A stretch of DNA of 64,000 nt, from the IMG/VR virus record IMGVR_UViG_3300031993_000027, positions 63,492 through 127,491 of that record; one strand, written 5' to 3'. Origin of the DNA: a virus (Duplodnaviria; Caudoviricetes). Shown here piece after piece: positions 36,593 to 45,883 of this stretch (position 1 is its first letter; every line of letters begins with the position of its first letter). Position numbers and translations under genes: made by a program. Under the pieces are notes generated by a model. The model ran no database searches and was not told the origin of the DNA. It worked only from the letters and a program-made list of their open reading frames with translations.

Positions 36593-39514
36593 TTAGCCAA
36601 TAACATTTCCTCTTCTATCAAGTTTCTTCCCTGCTTTGAGGTTGTTATAGATATCCATAATCCTTGTCTTACCTGCGGTAATATAGATTACTCCGTCTAA
36701 CTCTCCTTCAGGGTGATAGAGGTCTCTCTTCTTGTTCCCAAACTCGTCGAACGCTCCTGCATTACTCCTTGCTACGGTATGGTTAGAAACTCTATAATTC
36801 TGACCATCTATTGTAAAGTAGTAGGAATCGTTGGACATGGATGATTTTATACCATTCTTGACACAGAACTCGTCTATCTCGTCCATCTTCTTAGCGAACT
36901 CTTGTGCCTGTGCTTTAGAAGGTTTCCATCTTCTTCCGTAGGTTTCTTCAAGGTCTTCCTCTTCGTCTTCGTCATCGTCCTCGGTGAAGAGGTCAATCTT
37001 CTTATGAGAAGCAGGGACGTTAGCGATAGCACCTGCGTTAGTTGCTTCTTCGAGGTCTTCAGGTTCGTCCTCGTACCAATCGTCACCGTAAAGGTCTTTC
37101 AGCAGGGAGGAATTACGGATGTTCTCTTCGTCGTCGCTACTAAGGTATGAGGAAGAGCCGTAATAGTCATCCTCTGTCTGAAACGGAGAATCAATGGTAC
37201 GGTCATAATAGTACCTGTCATCTTCTCCGTCCTGCATAGCCTTAACATATTCTTCCTCTTCGTGAGCGACCCAATCCTGATAGGATTTATAGTCAGCATA
37301 GTTCTTGAATCCGAAAGCATCAGCAACGGTATTGAAGATTTCTTCCGCATCGTTTGGATGGTCTTCGATGAATTTCTGAAGGATAGACCAATTAGAATCC
37401 TGCCACATCTTATCCCACTCTTTTTCAGGCATTTGTGCCATCACTTTGAGTTCAGCAAGATTGTCGATAGCGTTCTCGGAATTATCATAAGTTCCTGTGG
37501 TCATATTCATGCTGTCGTTGTCAAAGAGTTCTACAACGGCAAGAGCAAGTTCTTTAGCCCTACTGTTATCATCCTCTTCAACAAGAATCTCGTCTTCGTC
37601 GATATCATCCTCAAAGTCAAGATTGTCCTTGTCATCTGCGAAGTGACCCTCGTCGGGTACTTCTTCATCAGAATCATAGATTACTTCCTTATCGTCCTTT
37701 TCATTCTTCATTCTTATCAACTCCTTTTTACGCTGATATGATTCTCTTACTTCAGGTTCTTCACTGGGTTCTTTGTTGGATTCTTCATCATAATAAATAA
37801 TTTCGCAGTTTTCAGGCAGACCCCACTCTTCGATACCTTCTATTCTTGGTGTCCAAATCATTTCCAAGTTGGGACACTTAGCAAACGCATTAGGATATAC
37901 CTTTTGAAGCGTTCTAGGAAGTTTGATTGATAAAAGGTCTGTACATCCTGCAAACGCTCCCTTATCAATAACTTCAACGTTGCTATTTCCAAATCCTCTT
38001 ACTGATACGAGGCTTCTATCTTCATAAAAAGCATATTTGCCTATTACTTTGACTGATTTAGGAATAAAAATACTTTTCAAGTTAGGACTATAAGCAAAAG
38101 CAAACGGACTTATTACGTCGATGGTCGATAAAGTAGGAAATTCGAAACTAGTTATTCCACTATGAGAAAAACTTGCTTTGCCTATCTCGTTTAGTTTTGT
38201 TGTACCTTCATTGAACACTTTAATATTAGGACACATCCTAAACGCATCTTCCTCAATCTTTTCAAGGTTTTTAGGAAGATAAATATTTGAAAAATTTGCA
38301 CACCTATGAAAAGTTCCTTCTTCTATTGTTTTCAAATTATCAGGAAGAAAAACCGTTACCAATTCTGCACATTCAGCGAACGCATATTTGCCAACCTTAG
38401 TTACTGAATCAGGAACTTCAATACCTGTAAGAGAGGATTCTGCAAAAGCAAAATCTTCGATTACTTCAAGAGTTTCAGGCAACAAAATATGCTCTATTTT
38501 ACACCTTTGAAAAGCGTTTGCCTTGATAGTAGTAATACCTTCAGGGATTGTGATTTTTTTAGGGCAATTCTCACGTCTAAGAACGTCCTTTACTTTCGTA
38601 ATTGTCGTGTCACCTTCAATCACAAAATAATCGTTTTCAGTAAATTCCTTTACGTACTTCTTGATTTCCTGTTCAACATTGAATCCTGCCACCTTAGAAA
38701 GTTCAGCATAGGTCTTATACATATTATCTGCGCTGTCAGGAGATTTTATGCCTACATGATTACATCTAAGGGTGACATTTTTGAGATTGCCATATTCATC
38801 AGTCCTGATAGCCATCAAAGAGTTGCCATAGTCGTCTCTAGGATTTTCACGATTGGATTCTGCATCAAAAGGAATATTTTCCCAATCGTTATTCTGAAGA
38901 ACAAAGAATCTGCCTCCATCTTGTGTCCAACTATTGTAAGTATCTTCATCGTTGGTATGACACCAAGCCGTACCGCCACCACCTGCGTAAGCATCGGATT
39001 TACCGTCACCTGTCGCCTTACCACCGTAGAGGCTGTGCATCTGCTCATAGGAATCAATAGGAACAATCTTAAAATTAGAGGAAGAGAAATCCATCTTAGA
39101 CAACTCTTCCTTTGATTTTACATCTAATTCGTCCTGTATCCTTTTCAGTTCGTCCTTAACGTCTTGAAAAGACATTTCATTATTAAACTTGTTGTCAAGG
39201 GCAGTGCCACCCATCTTCTCTCTGTTCTCTCTAACCCACATCAAATACTGGTCGAAAACAGAAGGGCACTCTCTAAGGAACGCCTCTGCTCTGTGGGGGT
39301 CTCCGTTTGCTTCATCAACAAGCATCCTCGCAATACCCATGAGGTACTTTTCGAGCCAAGCAGGAGAATGGACAAAAGCATGGATATCTTCTTTGAACAA
39401 AGCCTGAATGATAGCGTTACTCACTTCCTCATTAAACAGACCTGAATCCGAGATAATCTTCGATGCCTTTTTGTCGTACTTCGTACCTTCAACTAGAATC
39501 ATCTGTTCACTCAT
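36593..39514 (-). CDS. BspA-type leucine-rich repeat (LRR_5) protein, paralog 1, leader MILVE, acidic multi-module tail
   Basis: Repeats such as IPEGITTIKANAF, LPETLEVIEDFAF; N-domain with GGGGTAWCH. Confidence 0.85.
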   Translation of the reverse strand: MSEQMILVEGTKYDKKASKIISDSGLFNEEVSNAIIQALFKEDIHAFVHSPAWLEKYLMGIARMLVDEANGDPHRAEAFLRECPSVFDQYLMWVRENREKMGGTALDNKFNNEMSFQDVKDELKRIQDELDVKSKEELSKMDFSSSNFKIVPIDSYEQMHSLYGGKATGDGKSDAYAGGGGTAWCHTNDEDTYNSWTQDGGRFFVLQNNDWENIPFDAESNRENPRDDYGNSLMAIRTDEYGNLKNVTLRCNHVGIKSPDSADNMYKTYAELSKVAGFNVEQEIKKYVKEFTENDYFVIEGDTTITKVKDVLRRENCPKKITIPEGITTIKANAFQRCKIEHILLPETLEVIEDFAFAESSLTGIEVPDSVTKVGKYAFAECAELVTVFLPDNLKTIEEGTFHRCANFSNIYLPKNLEKIEEDAFRMCPNIKVFNEGTTKLNEIGKASFSHSGITSFEFPTLSTIDVISPFAFAYSPNLKSIFIPKSVKVIGKYAFYEDRSLVSVRGFGNSNVEVIDKGAFAGCTDLLSIKLPRTLQKVYPNAFAKCPNLEMIWTPRIEGIEEWGLPENCEIIYYDEESNKEPSEEPEVRESYQRKKELIRMKNEKDDKEVIYDSDEEVPDEGHFADDKDNLDFEDDIDEDEILVEEDDNSRAKELALAVVELFDNDSMNMTTGTYDNSENAIDNLAELKVMAQMPEKEWDKMWQDSNWSILQKFIEDHPNDAEEIFNTVADAFGFKNYADYKSYQDWVAHEEEEYVKAMQDGEDDRYYYDRTIDSPFQTEDDYYGSSSYLSSDDEENIRNSSLLKDLYGDDWYEDEPEDLEEATNAGAIANVPASHKKIDLFTEDDDEDEEEDLEETYGRRWKPSKAQAQEFAKKMDEIDEFCVKNGIKSSMSNDSYYFTIDGQNYRVSNHTVARSNAGAFDEFGNKKRDLYHPEGELDGVIYITAGKTRIMDIYNNLKAGKKLDRRGNVIG

Positions 39515-39674
39515 ACTTACTCCTTTTCGCTATCTCTCCAATTCCTTATAGCAAATCCTGTACCATATTTTTTATCTAACGACTTTAAATAGTCGTTTCT
39601 TTGTTTAATCAACTTCTTCGAATCCTTCATAGGGATAAATATTCTTTCCCTGCAATCGTAGTCTTCGACTTTAA

Positions 39675-41501
39675 TCATACTTCAATCTCTCCGAGGTCTT
39701 CACCGCCAAGTTCTTCACCCCCACCAAGTTCAGGCTCGTTGAACTCTTCACCACCACCGAGGTCAGGTTCTTCGTTACCGCCACCAAAGTTCATGTCAAT
39801 GTCGGTGTGACTGCCACCGAAATCTCCACCGCCTCCGTGACTTTCCATATCGAGGTTTGCTTCTTCCTCTTCTGTCAATTTGTCAAGCGTTTCATCCTGT
39901 TCTACCATAGCACTGATATCAGGCTGTGACAGGTAGTTAGAGAGATAATTGACAATGATTTCTTTTCTTGTTTGAGGGTCAATCATATCTTCAGGAATGA
40001 GACCGAGAACTCTATCGACAACATCTGCTCTTGTTCCGATAGTCTCGTCACGCTCTGCATCCTCTGTCGTAGCAGGAGAAGTCATCTTAACGGTAAAGTT
40101 GTTGATGTACTTATTGAATCCCCTGTCAAGGGCAAAGATATTTATAAGCGTTGTTATAGCAGAAATATAGGCGTTCTGTATCCTCTTGATAGTTCTAGCA
40201 TATCTTGAATCAAGTTTAGTCAGGGATGTACCACCGTTGAAACCTGCGCTATCATCGGTATCGCCAAGAAACATCGGGGGTATCTTTAATCCACCGTACA
40301 ACTTCTTCTTGAAGTGGTCGATATCAGTAATAGATTTTACGTCTACATCACCGCCAAGGCTCGACATAGAGACAGCACCCTTACCTTCTCTCGTAGGAAC
40401 ATAGAGCACGTTATCAATAGCAGAAGGAGAAGCCGAAGATGTGAACGTTCCTTGGTTCTTATCCATGAAGTTCTTCTGCTCGATAAGTCTCTTGTATTTA
40501 CGCAAGACTTGTTCTGCCTGATTCTGTGGCATATCTCCAATCTCAATCTGCAAGATACGGATAATAGAAGACCTCGTAACACGGTTAAGAAGAAGAGCGT
40601 CTTCCATCAACTGCAATTCACGATAGGTCTTGTATGTATCATAAAGGATGGACTTGCCACGCTTAACCTTATAGGCAACTGTCTTCAGTGTTGTTTCGTT
40701 AGTCTCACTTCCATTTACAGGCACTTCGAAATTTATCTTGAAGGTTTCAGGAAAACGGTCTGTGTCCGTTCCGAGCATAGCGTGAACAAACTTGTTTGAT
40801 TTGTATATCTGAATGTTATTATCGTCTGCATTATAAACATATGACCTGAAGACATTATCTTGGTCACTATTATCATAATTGTGTACTCCGACAAATCCGA
40901 CGGTCTTGCCTCTTGAAGCAAGGTCAAACATATCGGCAGGATTAGGTACGGCATCCAAGTATTCAACTAATTGTGAACCCTTCTTTGTGGATACCAAGTC
41001 GATATCGGAGTGGTCTATCTTATTAATTATAGGGTCGTCTTCAATCTCACCGTCTTCGTAGAGTTGGAGGTAAAGGTCTCCGTACTTACAGAGCGAGTAG
41101 ACGTGTGACCAAGCGTTCTCATTGATTTGAAGCACGTCGATAAGTCTGTTAGCAAAAGCGGATACGTTCGGGTCGTCAGATTCTACCCAAATAATCTGTC
41201 CGTTAGTGTTGTATTGTGTCGCATCATCAGTATAGAGTTCAAGGGCGGTAGATATAATCGTATCCAACGCCATTTCGTCATACATCCTGTACTGTGAGTT
41301 CCTGTCTGTACCGAGAGTACGGAACTTCTGAAATTCTGCAAGGTCTACTAGCGAAGAACTTTCATCAAGAGCACCGAGGACGTTTACAAGGGAATTTGAC
41401 TTAGAGGCAATTCCTATCTCTGTTTCTTTACTCGGCTTACCTTTAACTCTAATCTTCAGAAAGTCTTCGTGAAGATTCTTTTTATTACTATTTTCTGCCA
41501 T
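39675..41501 (-). CDS. portal protein, T4 gp20-like
   Basis: YDEM..I..AL....DDAT, CKYGD, GKSIL, LQLMEDALLLNRVTRS, DIDHFKKKLYGGLKIP, YARTIKRIQ. Confidence 0.88.
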   Translation of the reverse strand: MAENSNKKNLHEDFLKIRVKGKPSKETEIGIASKSNSLVNVLGALDESSSLVDLAEFQKFRTLGTDRNSQYRMYDEMALDTIISTALELYTDDATQYNTNGQIIWVESDDPNVSAFANRLIDVLQINENAWSHVYSLCKYGDLYLQLYEDGEIEDDPIINKIDHSDIDLVSTKKGSQLVEYLDAVPNPADMFDLASRGKTVGFVGVHNYDNSDQDNVFRSYVYNADDNNIQIYKSNKFVHAMLGTDTDRFPETFKINFEVPVNGSETNETTLKTVAYKVKRGKSILYDTYKTYRELQLMEDALLLNRVTRSSIIRILQIEIGDMPQNQAEQVLRKYKRLIEQKNFMDKNQGTFTSSASPSAIDNVLYVPTREGKGAVSMSSLGGDVDVKSITDIDHFKKKLYGGLKIPPMFLGDTDDSAGFNGGTSLTKLDSRYARTIKRIQNAYISAITTLINIFALDRGFNKYINNFTVKMTSPATTEDAERDETIGTRADVVDRVLGLIPEDMIDPQTRKEIIVNYLSNYLSQPDISAMVEQDETLDKLTEEEEANLDMESHGGGGDFGGSHTDIDMNFGGGNEEPDLGGGEEFNEPELGGGEELGGEDLGEIEV

Positions 41502-41568
41502 TACGATACCTCGTTATCTTACGAAACACGTTTAGTGCCGTTTAACTATAATACGGCACTATACTTAA

Positions 41569-41597
41569 TTTATACACTTTATATTCCTAAAAAGCAA
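41569..41597 (-). promoter_or_regulatory. possible promoter for portal, followed by hairpin 41533-41561
   Basis: TTGCTT-17-TATAAA; TAGTGCCGT/ACGGCACTA inverted repeat. Confidence 0.4.
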
Positions 41598-41819
41598 TTA
41601 ACTGTTAAGATGTATCGCCCATAACTGTCTCGGCTTACTGCCTATTAAAGATTTAATAGACTTAACTCCTTTGATTTCCTCTCCGTCTACATATAACTTC
41701 GTATACTGCGTTATCTTTTCTTCGTTCTGATAATAGCAAAGATTTGCTTCTTCCTTATTATCAAACTCGTATGTATGCACCACTTCCTGTGCAATAATCG
41801 TTTCTATCTTATATTTCAT
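41598..41819 (-). CDS. hypothetical protein
   Basis: ORF, GAGGTG SD. Confidence 0.6.
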   Translation of the reverse strand: MKYKIETIIAQEVVHTYEFDNKEEANLCYYQNEEKITQYTKLYVDGEEIKGVKSIKSLIGSKPRQLWAIHLNS

Positions 41820-41830
41820 TTAGCACCTCG

Positions 41831-43318
41831 TTAAAATAATATGAATCCGTTGTACAGGTCTCTAGCATCGTCGTCGATAGGTGGTTTAATAGCCTTATCC
41901 TTTGGTATACGATTGACTAGCGCATCTTTAGGACTAGCAACAAGACCGTTTACAAAGTCAGTTGAGAAGTCTTCTTTAGTGTCGTTAACACCGCCAAAGA
42001 GCATAGCATCATCAACAAGATGGAATGCAAATTGACCGTCGTGAAGAGAAGCATTAAATACCGCACCTGCAAGCGAATCTGCGATATCCTTTGAAAATTC
42101 AGGTGGATGGTCAATTTTACCTGTTTGATTGTCTTGTTTAAGATTTACCAATTCTGTTACTAACTCGTCTTGATGTGCAAGAAGCATTATTCTTCTCTCA
42201 ATAAGAGCCGTTTTAAACGTCTGATATCCGTCAGGTTTCTTGTCCAAAGAAATAATGGTAGTGTCTTCAAACCCTGTTGTTTTGAACGTCTGCATCATAT
42301 CTCTGCTTTGAAAACTATCAAGAGATATTCCTTTTATGTTCCAACCTAATTCGTTTTTTAAATAATATACAAATTCTCTGTCCTTCCTAAAAGATATCTC
42401 CGAGCCACTAGGACACTGAATGCCGATAGAAAATACCTGTCTGTATGCTAGTTCTTTTATCTCGGTATGTTCTCCTGTAAAAAAGTCATATCCTTGTCTA
42501 TTTGTATATCCTAGAACCGCAACACAACTTATTCCTGTACGGTCTCCTGTAATAGAACAGTCAAAATGAATAAACAAAGGTTTAGAGTATACTTCCTGTG
42601 GTACAAGTTCGGGTTCAAAAAAATCCCTGTATTGAAGTTTATCTAACATACCAATCATAAGAATATTCGTTTTAAACGGATTCTTAGGTTCTACCATACA
42701 TTGCTGTATCGAAGGATAAGAAAGAAATCTCGTTACACCTGATACGGATATACCGCATATATCCATCAACGCTCTATCCATATTCATTTCAAATTCCTGT
42801 TTATGTTCCACAGGAACTTCTTCTATTGCATATCCTTGTGCAATGTATGTCTCACTATCTTCATTATCAGGAATGATTTTAGATGGTAAATTAGAACCTC
42901 CTACGGCTACTCTAAATTTCCTTCCTGAATAAGTACCTTGTGGTTTTACTTCATAGAGTTTTGCATCTGCAATATAAACTCCTTCTTTGCCTTTTTGTTT
43001 CTTTACGTAGGTTTCGATAAAGTCATACTCTGATTTCTTGGATGATACAAGGAACAACTTACCTCTGATTTTACCGTCAACGATAAAACGAGATTTGATA
43101 CGAGCAAGAACTGAAGTGTATGTCTCCATAATTCTCGTTTTTTCAAACTCAACCTCGGCTGATTTTGTAAAATTTACCTCGTCCAAAATTCCACAATTAT
43201 GCGACACCACGTATCCGCTTGGAGTTTCTATAAGGAAATTATGAGTTTCAGGAACATTTATAACATCATAAACATCTGTCTTTTTAGTCGTTATTTTTGT
43301 CACTTTTTTTACTTTCAC
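41831..43318 (-). CDS. terL: terminase large subunit C-terminal part, beginning with a 41-aa split-intein C fragment
   Basis: AAGGAG SD then GTG 43318; MKVKKV..VYDV..HNF..SHN|CGILDE (Walker B), LVSS motif C, nuclease IHFD and SKDIADSLAG. Confidence 0.85.
   Translation of the reverse strand: MKVKKVTKITTKKTDVYDVINVPETHNFLIETPSGYVVSHNCGILDEVNFTKSAEVEFEKTRIMETYTSVLARIKSRFIVDGKIRGKLFLVSSKKSEYDFIETYVKKQKGKEGVYIADAKLYEVKPQGTYSGRKFRVAVGGSNLPSKIIPDNEDSETYIAQGYAIEEVPVEHKQEFEMNMDRALMDICGISVSGVTRFLSYPSIQQCMVEPKNPFKTNILMIGMLDKLQYRDFFEPELVPQEVYSKPLFIHFDCSITGDRTGISCVAVLGYTNRQGYDFFTGEHTEIKELAYRQVFSIGIQCPSGSEISFRKDREFVYYLKNELGWNIKGISLDSFQSRDMMQTFKTTGFEDTTIISLDKKPDGYQTFKTALIERRIMLLAHQDELVTELVNLKQDNQTGKIDHPPEFSKDIADSLAGAVFNASLHDGQFAFHLVDDAMLFGGVNDTKEDFSTDFVNGLVASPKDALVNRIPKDKAIKPPIDDDARDLYNGFILF
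43196..43318 (-). other. split intein C fragment (IntC, 41 aa)
   Basis: Block F VYDV..HNF, block G SHN, +1 Cys; basic N-terminus. Confidence 0.85.
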
Positions 43319-43667
43319 TCTTTTCTCTCCTTTTCTTTTTAACAAGATTTGTTATACAATATATTCCTGACGTTTTACAATTTCCGCTATCTAAATCCAT
43401 ACCCTCGGTTAAATCTTTTGCTTCAACATATTCACCTGAAGCAAGTCTAAGTTTATGGTTATAAGTACATCTTAAAACACAACCGTCTTCTAATTCAATT
43501 TCGATTAGGTCTGTTTCTGTTCCTGTTTTTCTGATTTCCACAGGTGAATCTGTTAATTTAATTGTTCCATCATCATACTTTGTATAAACTCTTACACATT
43601 GACCCTCTAAAGTTTTTAGAGAGCGAACACCTTTTTCGGTAAAAATCCTTGTTTTTTCATCAAGACA
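43284..43667 (-). other. split intein N fragment (IntN, 127 aa including tail)
   Basis: Block A CLDEKTRI, block B CTYNHKL, EAKDLTEGMDL; no block F/G before stop. Confidence 0.85.
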
Positions 43668-44702
43668 AAGGATAGCCTTACCTAATGAGTGTTCAGGCTG
43701 TGAACCTACCGTAAATTTGATATCAGCGTTTTCCGTTTTATTCGGTACGTATTCGAGATATTTCGTTCCTGTTACAGTACCTCTTGCCATAAACCAAGGT
43801 GAATGTTGTAACAAACTTTGAAACTTATTAAATGCAACACCTTTTGAAAGTTGAAGAGTAGCATTAAAGAATACTACGAATATTGTATCTCCACGACCAA
43901 GACCAAAGTATAGGTTAGGGTCTCTCAAACACATCGTCCAATAAAGAGTATAAGCAAGACCTATTACCGCTATTGTGGATTTTCCGCATCCGATTGAATT
44001 ATGTGCTACAATGCCACTTTCGGTAACAAAATTATGATGCTCTTCAACCGTTAAATCATAAACATATTCTTCTCCAACATATTCGATAGAGACAACACTC
44101 AATTCATTACATCCATCTGAAGGCAACAAAAGAGTTCCTATTTCTAAACCATTATCAATGCTTATCCACGTTATATTACTATCTATAAATTTATGATTAG
44201 ATGTTGCCTTGATACTTTTTCCGTTATCAAGGGTTATCTTGTAAACCTTCTTTATCCCTGTACAAAAGGCTTGTGTAAGATGACCAACAGTATATTCGTT
44301 TCTCTTTATATCAAACGAGTATACATATTCGTCTAAATCTCCTATTTCAGCCAAGTCCTTCATTGTTACATTCTTGCCATTTAGTAAAGGAATTAGCGTG
44401 TCACCTGTTAAACAGCCACCAAGCACTATTTCAGAGAAGTTTTTACTCTCGTCAAATATTTCCCTTAACTTTTGTCTCCAATAAGGGAATATATTCTTTC
44501 CATTGTTAGTAAACCACCCTGCAAACTCGTCGCTCTCGATGAACTCGTCTATACTGACAGGAACTTCAATAAAGTCATCCTCGTATAACTTCTTCAGGGT
44601 TTGGGAGTGCCCCTGCTCCGTGTACTCACCGAGAATCTTTTTGACCGCTTCCTGCTCTTCAGGACTTAACTTAGCAAGAACATTGTCTGTAAGTTCTGAC
44701 AT
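43284..44702 (-). CDS. terL: terminase large subunit N-terminal part with cis mini-intein and split-intein N fragment
   Basis: Walker A rebuilt as GG|SIGCGKS after removing intein 1; ends in second Hint N-half. Confidence 0.85.
   Translation of the reverse strand: MSELTDNVLAKLSPEEQEAVKKILGEYTEQGHSQTLKKLYEDDFIEVPVSIDEFIESDEFAGWFTNNGKNIFPYWRQKLREIFDESKNFSEIVLGGCLTGDTLIPLLNGKNVTMKDLAEIGDLDEYVYSFDIKRNEYTVGHLTQAFCTGIKKVYKITLDNGKSIKATSNHKFIDSNITWISIDNGLEIGTLLLPSDGCNELSVVSIEYVGEEYVYDLTVEEHHNFVTESGIVAHNSIGCGKSTIAVIGLAYTLYWTMCLRDPNLYFGLGRGDTIFVVFFNATLQLSKGVAFNKFQSLLQHSPWFMARGTVTGTKYLEYVPNKTENADIKFTVGSQPEHSLGKAILCLDEKTRIFTEKGVRSLKTLEGQCVRVYTKYDDGTIKLTDSPVEIRKTGTETDLIEIELEDGCVLRCTYNHKLRLASGEYVEAKDLTEGMDLDSGNCKTSGIYCITNLVKKKRREKSESKKSDKNND
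43998..44414 (-). other. cis mini-intein (139 aa) in TerL Walker A
   Basis: CLTGDT..ATSNHKF..VYDLTV..HNF..AHN|S; no endonuclease domain. Confidence 0.92.
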
Positions 44703-44860
44703 TACTTCTTATCCTCAATCTTCTTGTATTCTTCTCGAATGCAATGACTAATGAAAGCCGATGCGGAAGTCTCGTGATAGTTAGCCAATGACTTTAGTTT
44801 CTGTTTATCATTCTTAGTCATCGACACTGTTATTACTGTTCTTTTGATTTCGTCAGGCAT
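44702..44860 (-). CDS. ribbon-helix-helix (CopG/Arc-like) DNA-binding protein
   Basis: TVITVSM..KQKLKSLA..SASAFI; start moved to ATG 44860 after AAGGAGGT. Confidence 0.65.
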   Translation of the reverse strand: MPDEIKRTVITVSMTKNDKQKLKSLANYHETSASAFISHCIREEYKKIEDKK

Positions 44861-44894
44861 AAATACCTCCTTTGTAAATAATTCTGCTTTATAT

Positions 44895-44923
44895 ATTATA
44901 CAGTGATTATTTATTTCAAGCAA
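44895..44923 (-). promoter_or_regulatory. sigmaA-type promoter for RHH-terL
   Basis: TTGCTT-17-TATAAT. Confidence 0.55.
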
Positions 44924-44960
44924 TAAAAAGGAGACAGCATTGTGGAAGTTGCTGTCTCCC
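44922..44960 (-). terminator. intrinsic terminator ending the tRNA operon
   Basis: GGAGACAGCA-10nt-TGCTGTCTCC stem then TTTTTATT. Confidence 0.75.
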
Positions 44961-45070
44961 TACTACTAAACAGGAGGTACACGATTGCCGTGATACCTTG
45001 GTATAGACCGCAACGAGCGTGACTTTACTGTGATTCATCCCTGTGTAAAAGTAAAGTTGTCACGGTCTAT

Positions 45071-45145
45071 TGGTCACTCTGAAGGGAATTGAACCCTTGT
45101 CTCCACCGTGAAAGGGTGGTGACTTAACCACTTGTCCACAGAGTG
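45071..45145 (-). tRNA. tRNA-Glu (TTC), CCA encoded
   Basis: CACTCTG/CAGAGTG acceptor, CCACC-CTTTCAC-GGTGG anticodon arm, TTCAATT T-loop. Confidence 0.93.
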
Positions 45146-45150
45146 ATAAT

Positions 45151-45396
45151 TGGCAAGTGAGAGATTCGAACTCTCGGTGGCTTTCGGCAATCACTTCCGT
45201 ATGCGGATGATATTGACCCTACTACGCCACACAATCAGATAATGAAGATAACCACTCGCATCCCACCGTTCTGTTAGAACTCAATTAGAGGTATTAACGA
45301 TTACTCTCCCTCGCTTATACATTCTTCACACGCCAAAGCCTTGTCCGTTTCTTCGGCAACCTGCTGTCGCATTTAACCTGCCTCTGCCAACTTGCC
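45151..45396 (-). ncRNA. 246-nt tRNA-like RNA with greatly expanded anticodon and variable arms
   Basis: GGCAAGT/ACTTGCC acceptor, D arm GCA..TGC, T arm GAGAG-TTCGAAT-CTCTC, about 170 extra structured nt. Confidence 0.7.
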
Positions 45397-45459
45397 ATTT
45401 TGTCGATGTAGGTCGTCATCGACGAACGAGAAGATTTTAGGATAACATCTTCAAACCAT

Positions 45460-45547
45460 TGGCGCAGACAACAAGATTCGAACTTGTACTAGTATTGCTA
45501 CTAGGAAGGATTAGCAATCCTTTGGGTTACCGTTACTCCATATCTGC
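45460..45547 (-). tRNA. tRNA-Ser (GCT), CCA encoded
   Basis: AAGGA-TTGCTAA-TCCTT anticodon arm, long variable arm CTAGTA-GCAA-TACTAG, discriminator G. Confidence 0.92.
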
Positions 45548-45554
45548 AACTAGT

Positions 45555-45681
45555 TTGCTTCGGCAGGATTCGAACCTGCAAATGTGGCTTTTTGTCGGCA
45601 ATTACCACTCCAATAACTTCGAGCATAAGCCAACTTTTTATTGCTCTAAGTCCGTTCGCTCTCCCATTGGGCTACGAAGCA
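45555..45681 (-). ncRNA. 127-nt tRNA-like RNA with extended anticodon and variable arms
   Basis: TGCTTCG/CGAAGCA acceptor, T arm GCAGG-TTCGAAT-CCTGC, no canonical 7-nt anticodon loop. Confidence 0.65.
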
Positions 45682-45883
45682 TTATTATCAGATACTAACC
45701 GTTTCGGATATCTTTTGCAAGTAGAACTCTCTGTTTTATACTTACCTTTTCACTAGCCTGTTCCGATGTTTTTATGTGCCAATGCCATTGCGTGCTATGT
45801 TGACACCCTTCTTGTTGTTGAAGAGGATACCTCTCTATCAAAAGTTTCGAACCTTTTGATAGTGGCATTACAGATAGTACCTG

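Noticed and set aside
43284-43345. terL break as a sequencing frameshift or programmed frameshift
   Set aside because: The downstream frame has its own well-spaced AAGGAG plus GTG exactly where an IntC should begin. The A-rich region means an indel cannot be fully excluded without reads.
45151-45396. tmRNA or group I intron-containing tRNA
   Set aside because: No G3:U70 alanine determinant, a D stem is present, and I could not identify a group I core or a splice that restores a 7-nt anticodon loop. Kept as an unknown tRNA-like RNA; an Infernal search is needed to exclude these fully.
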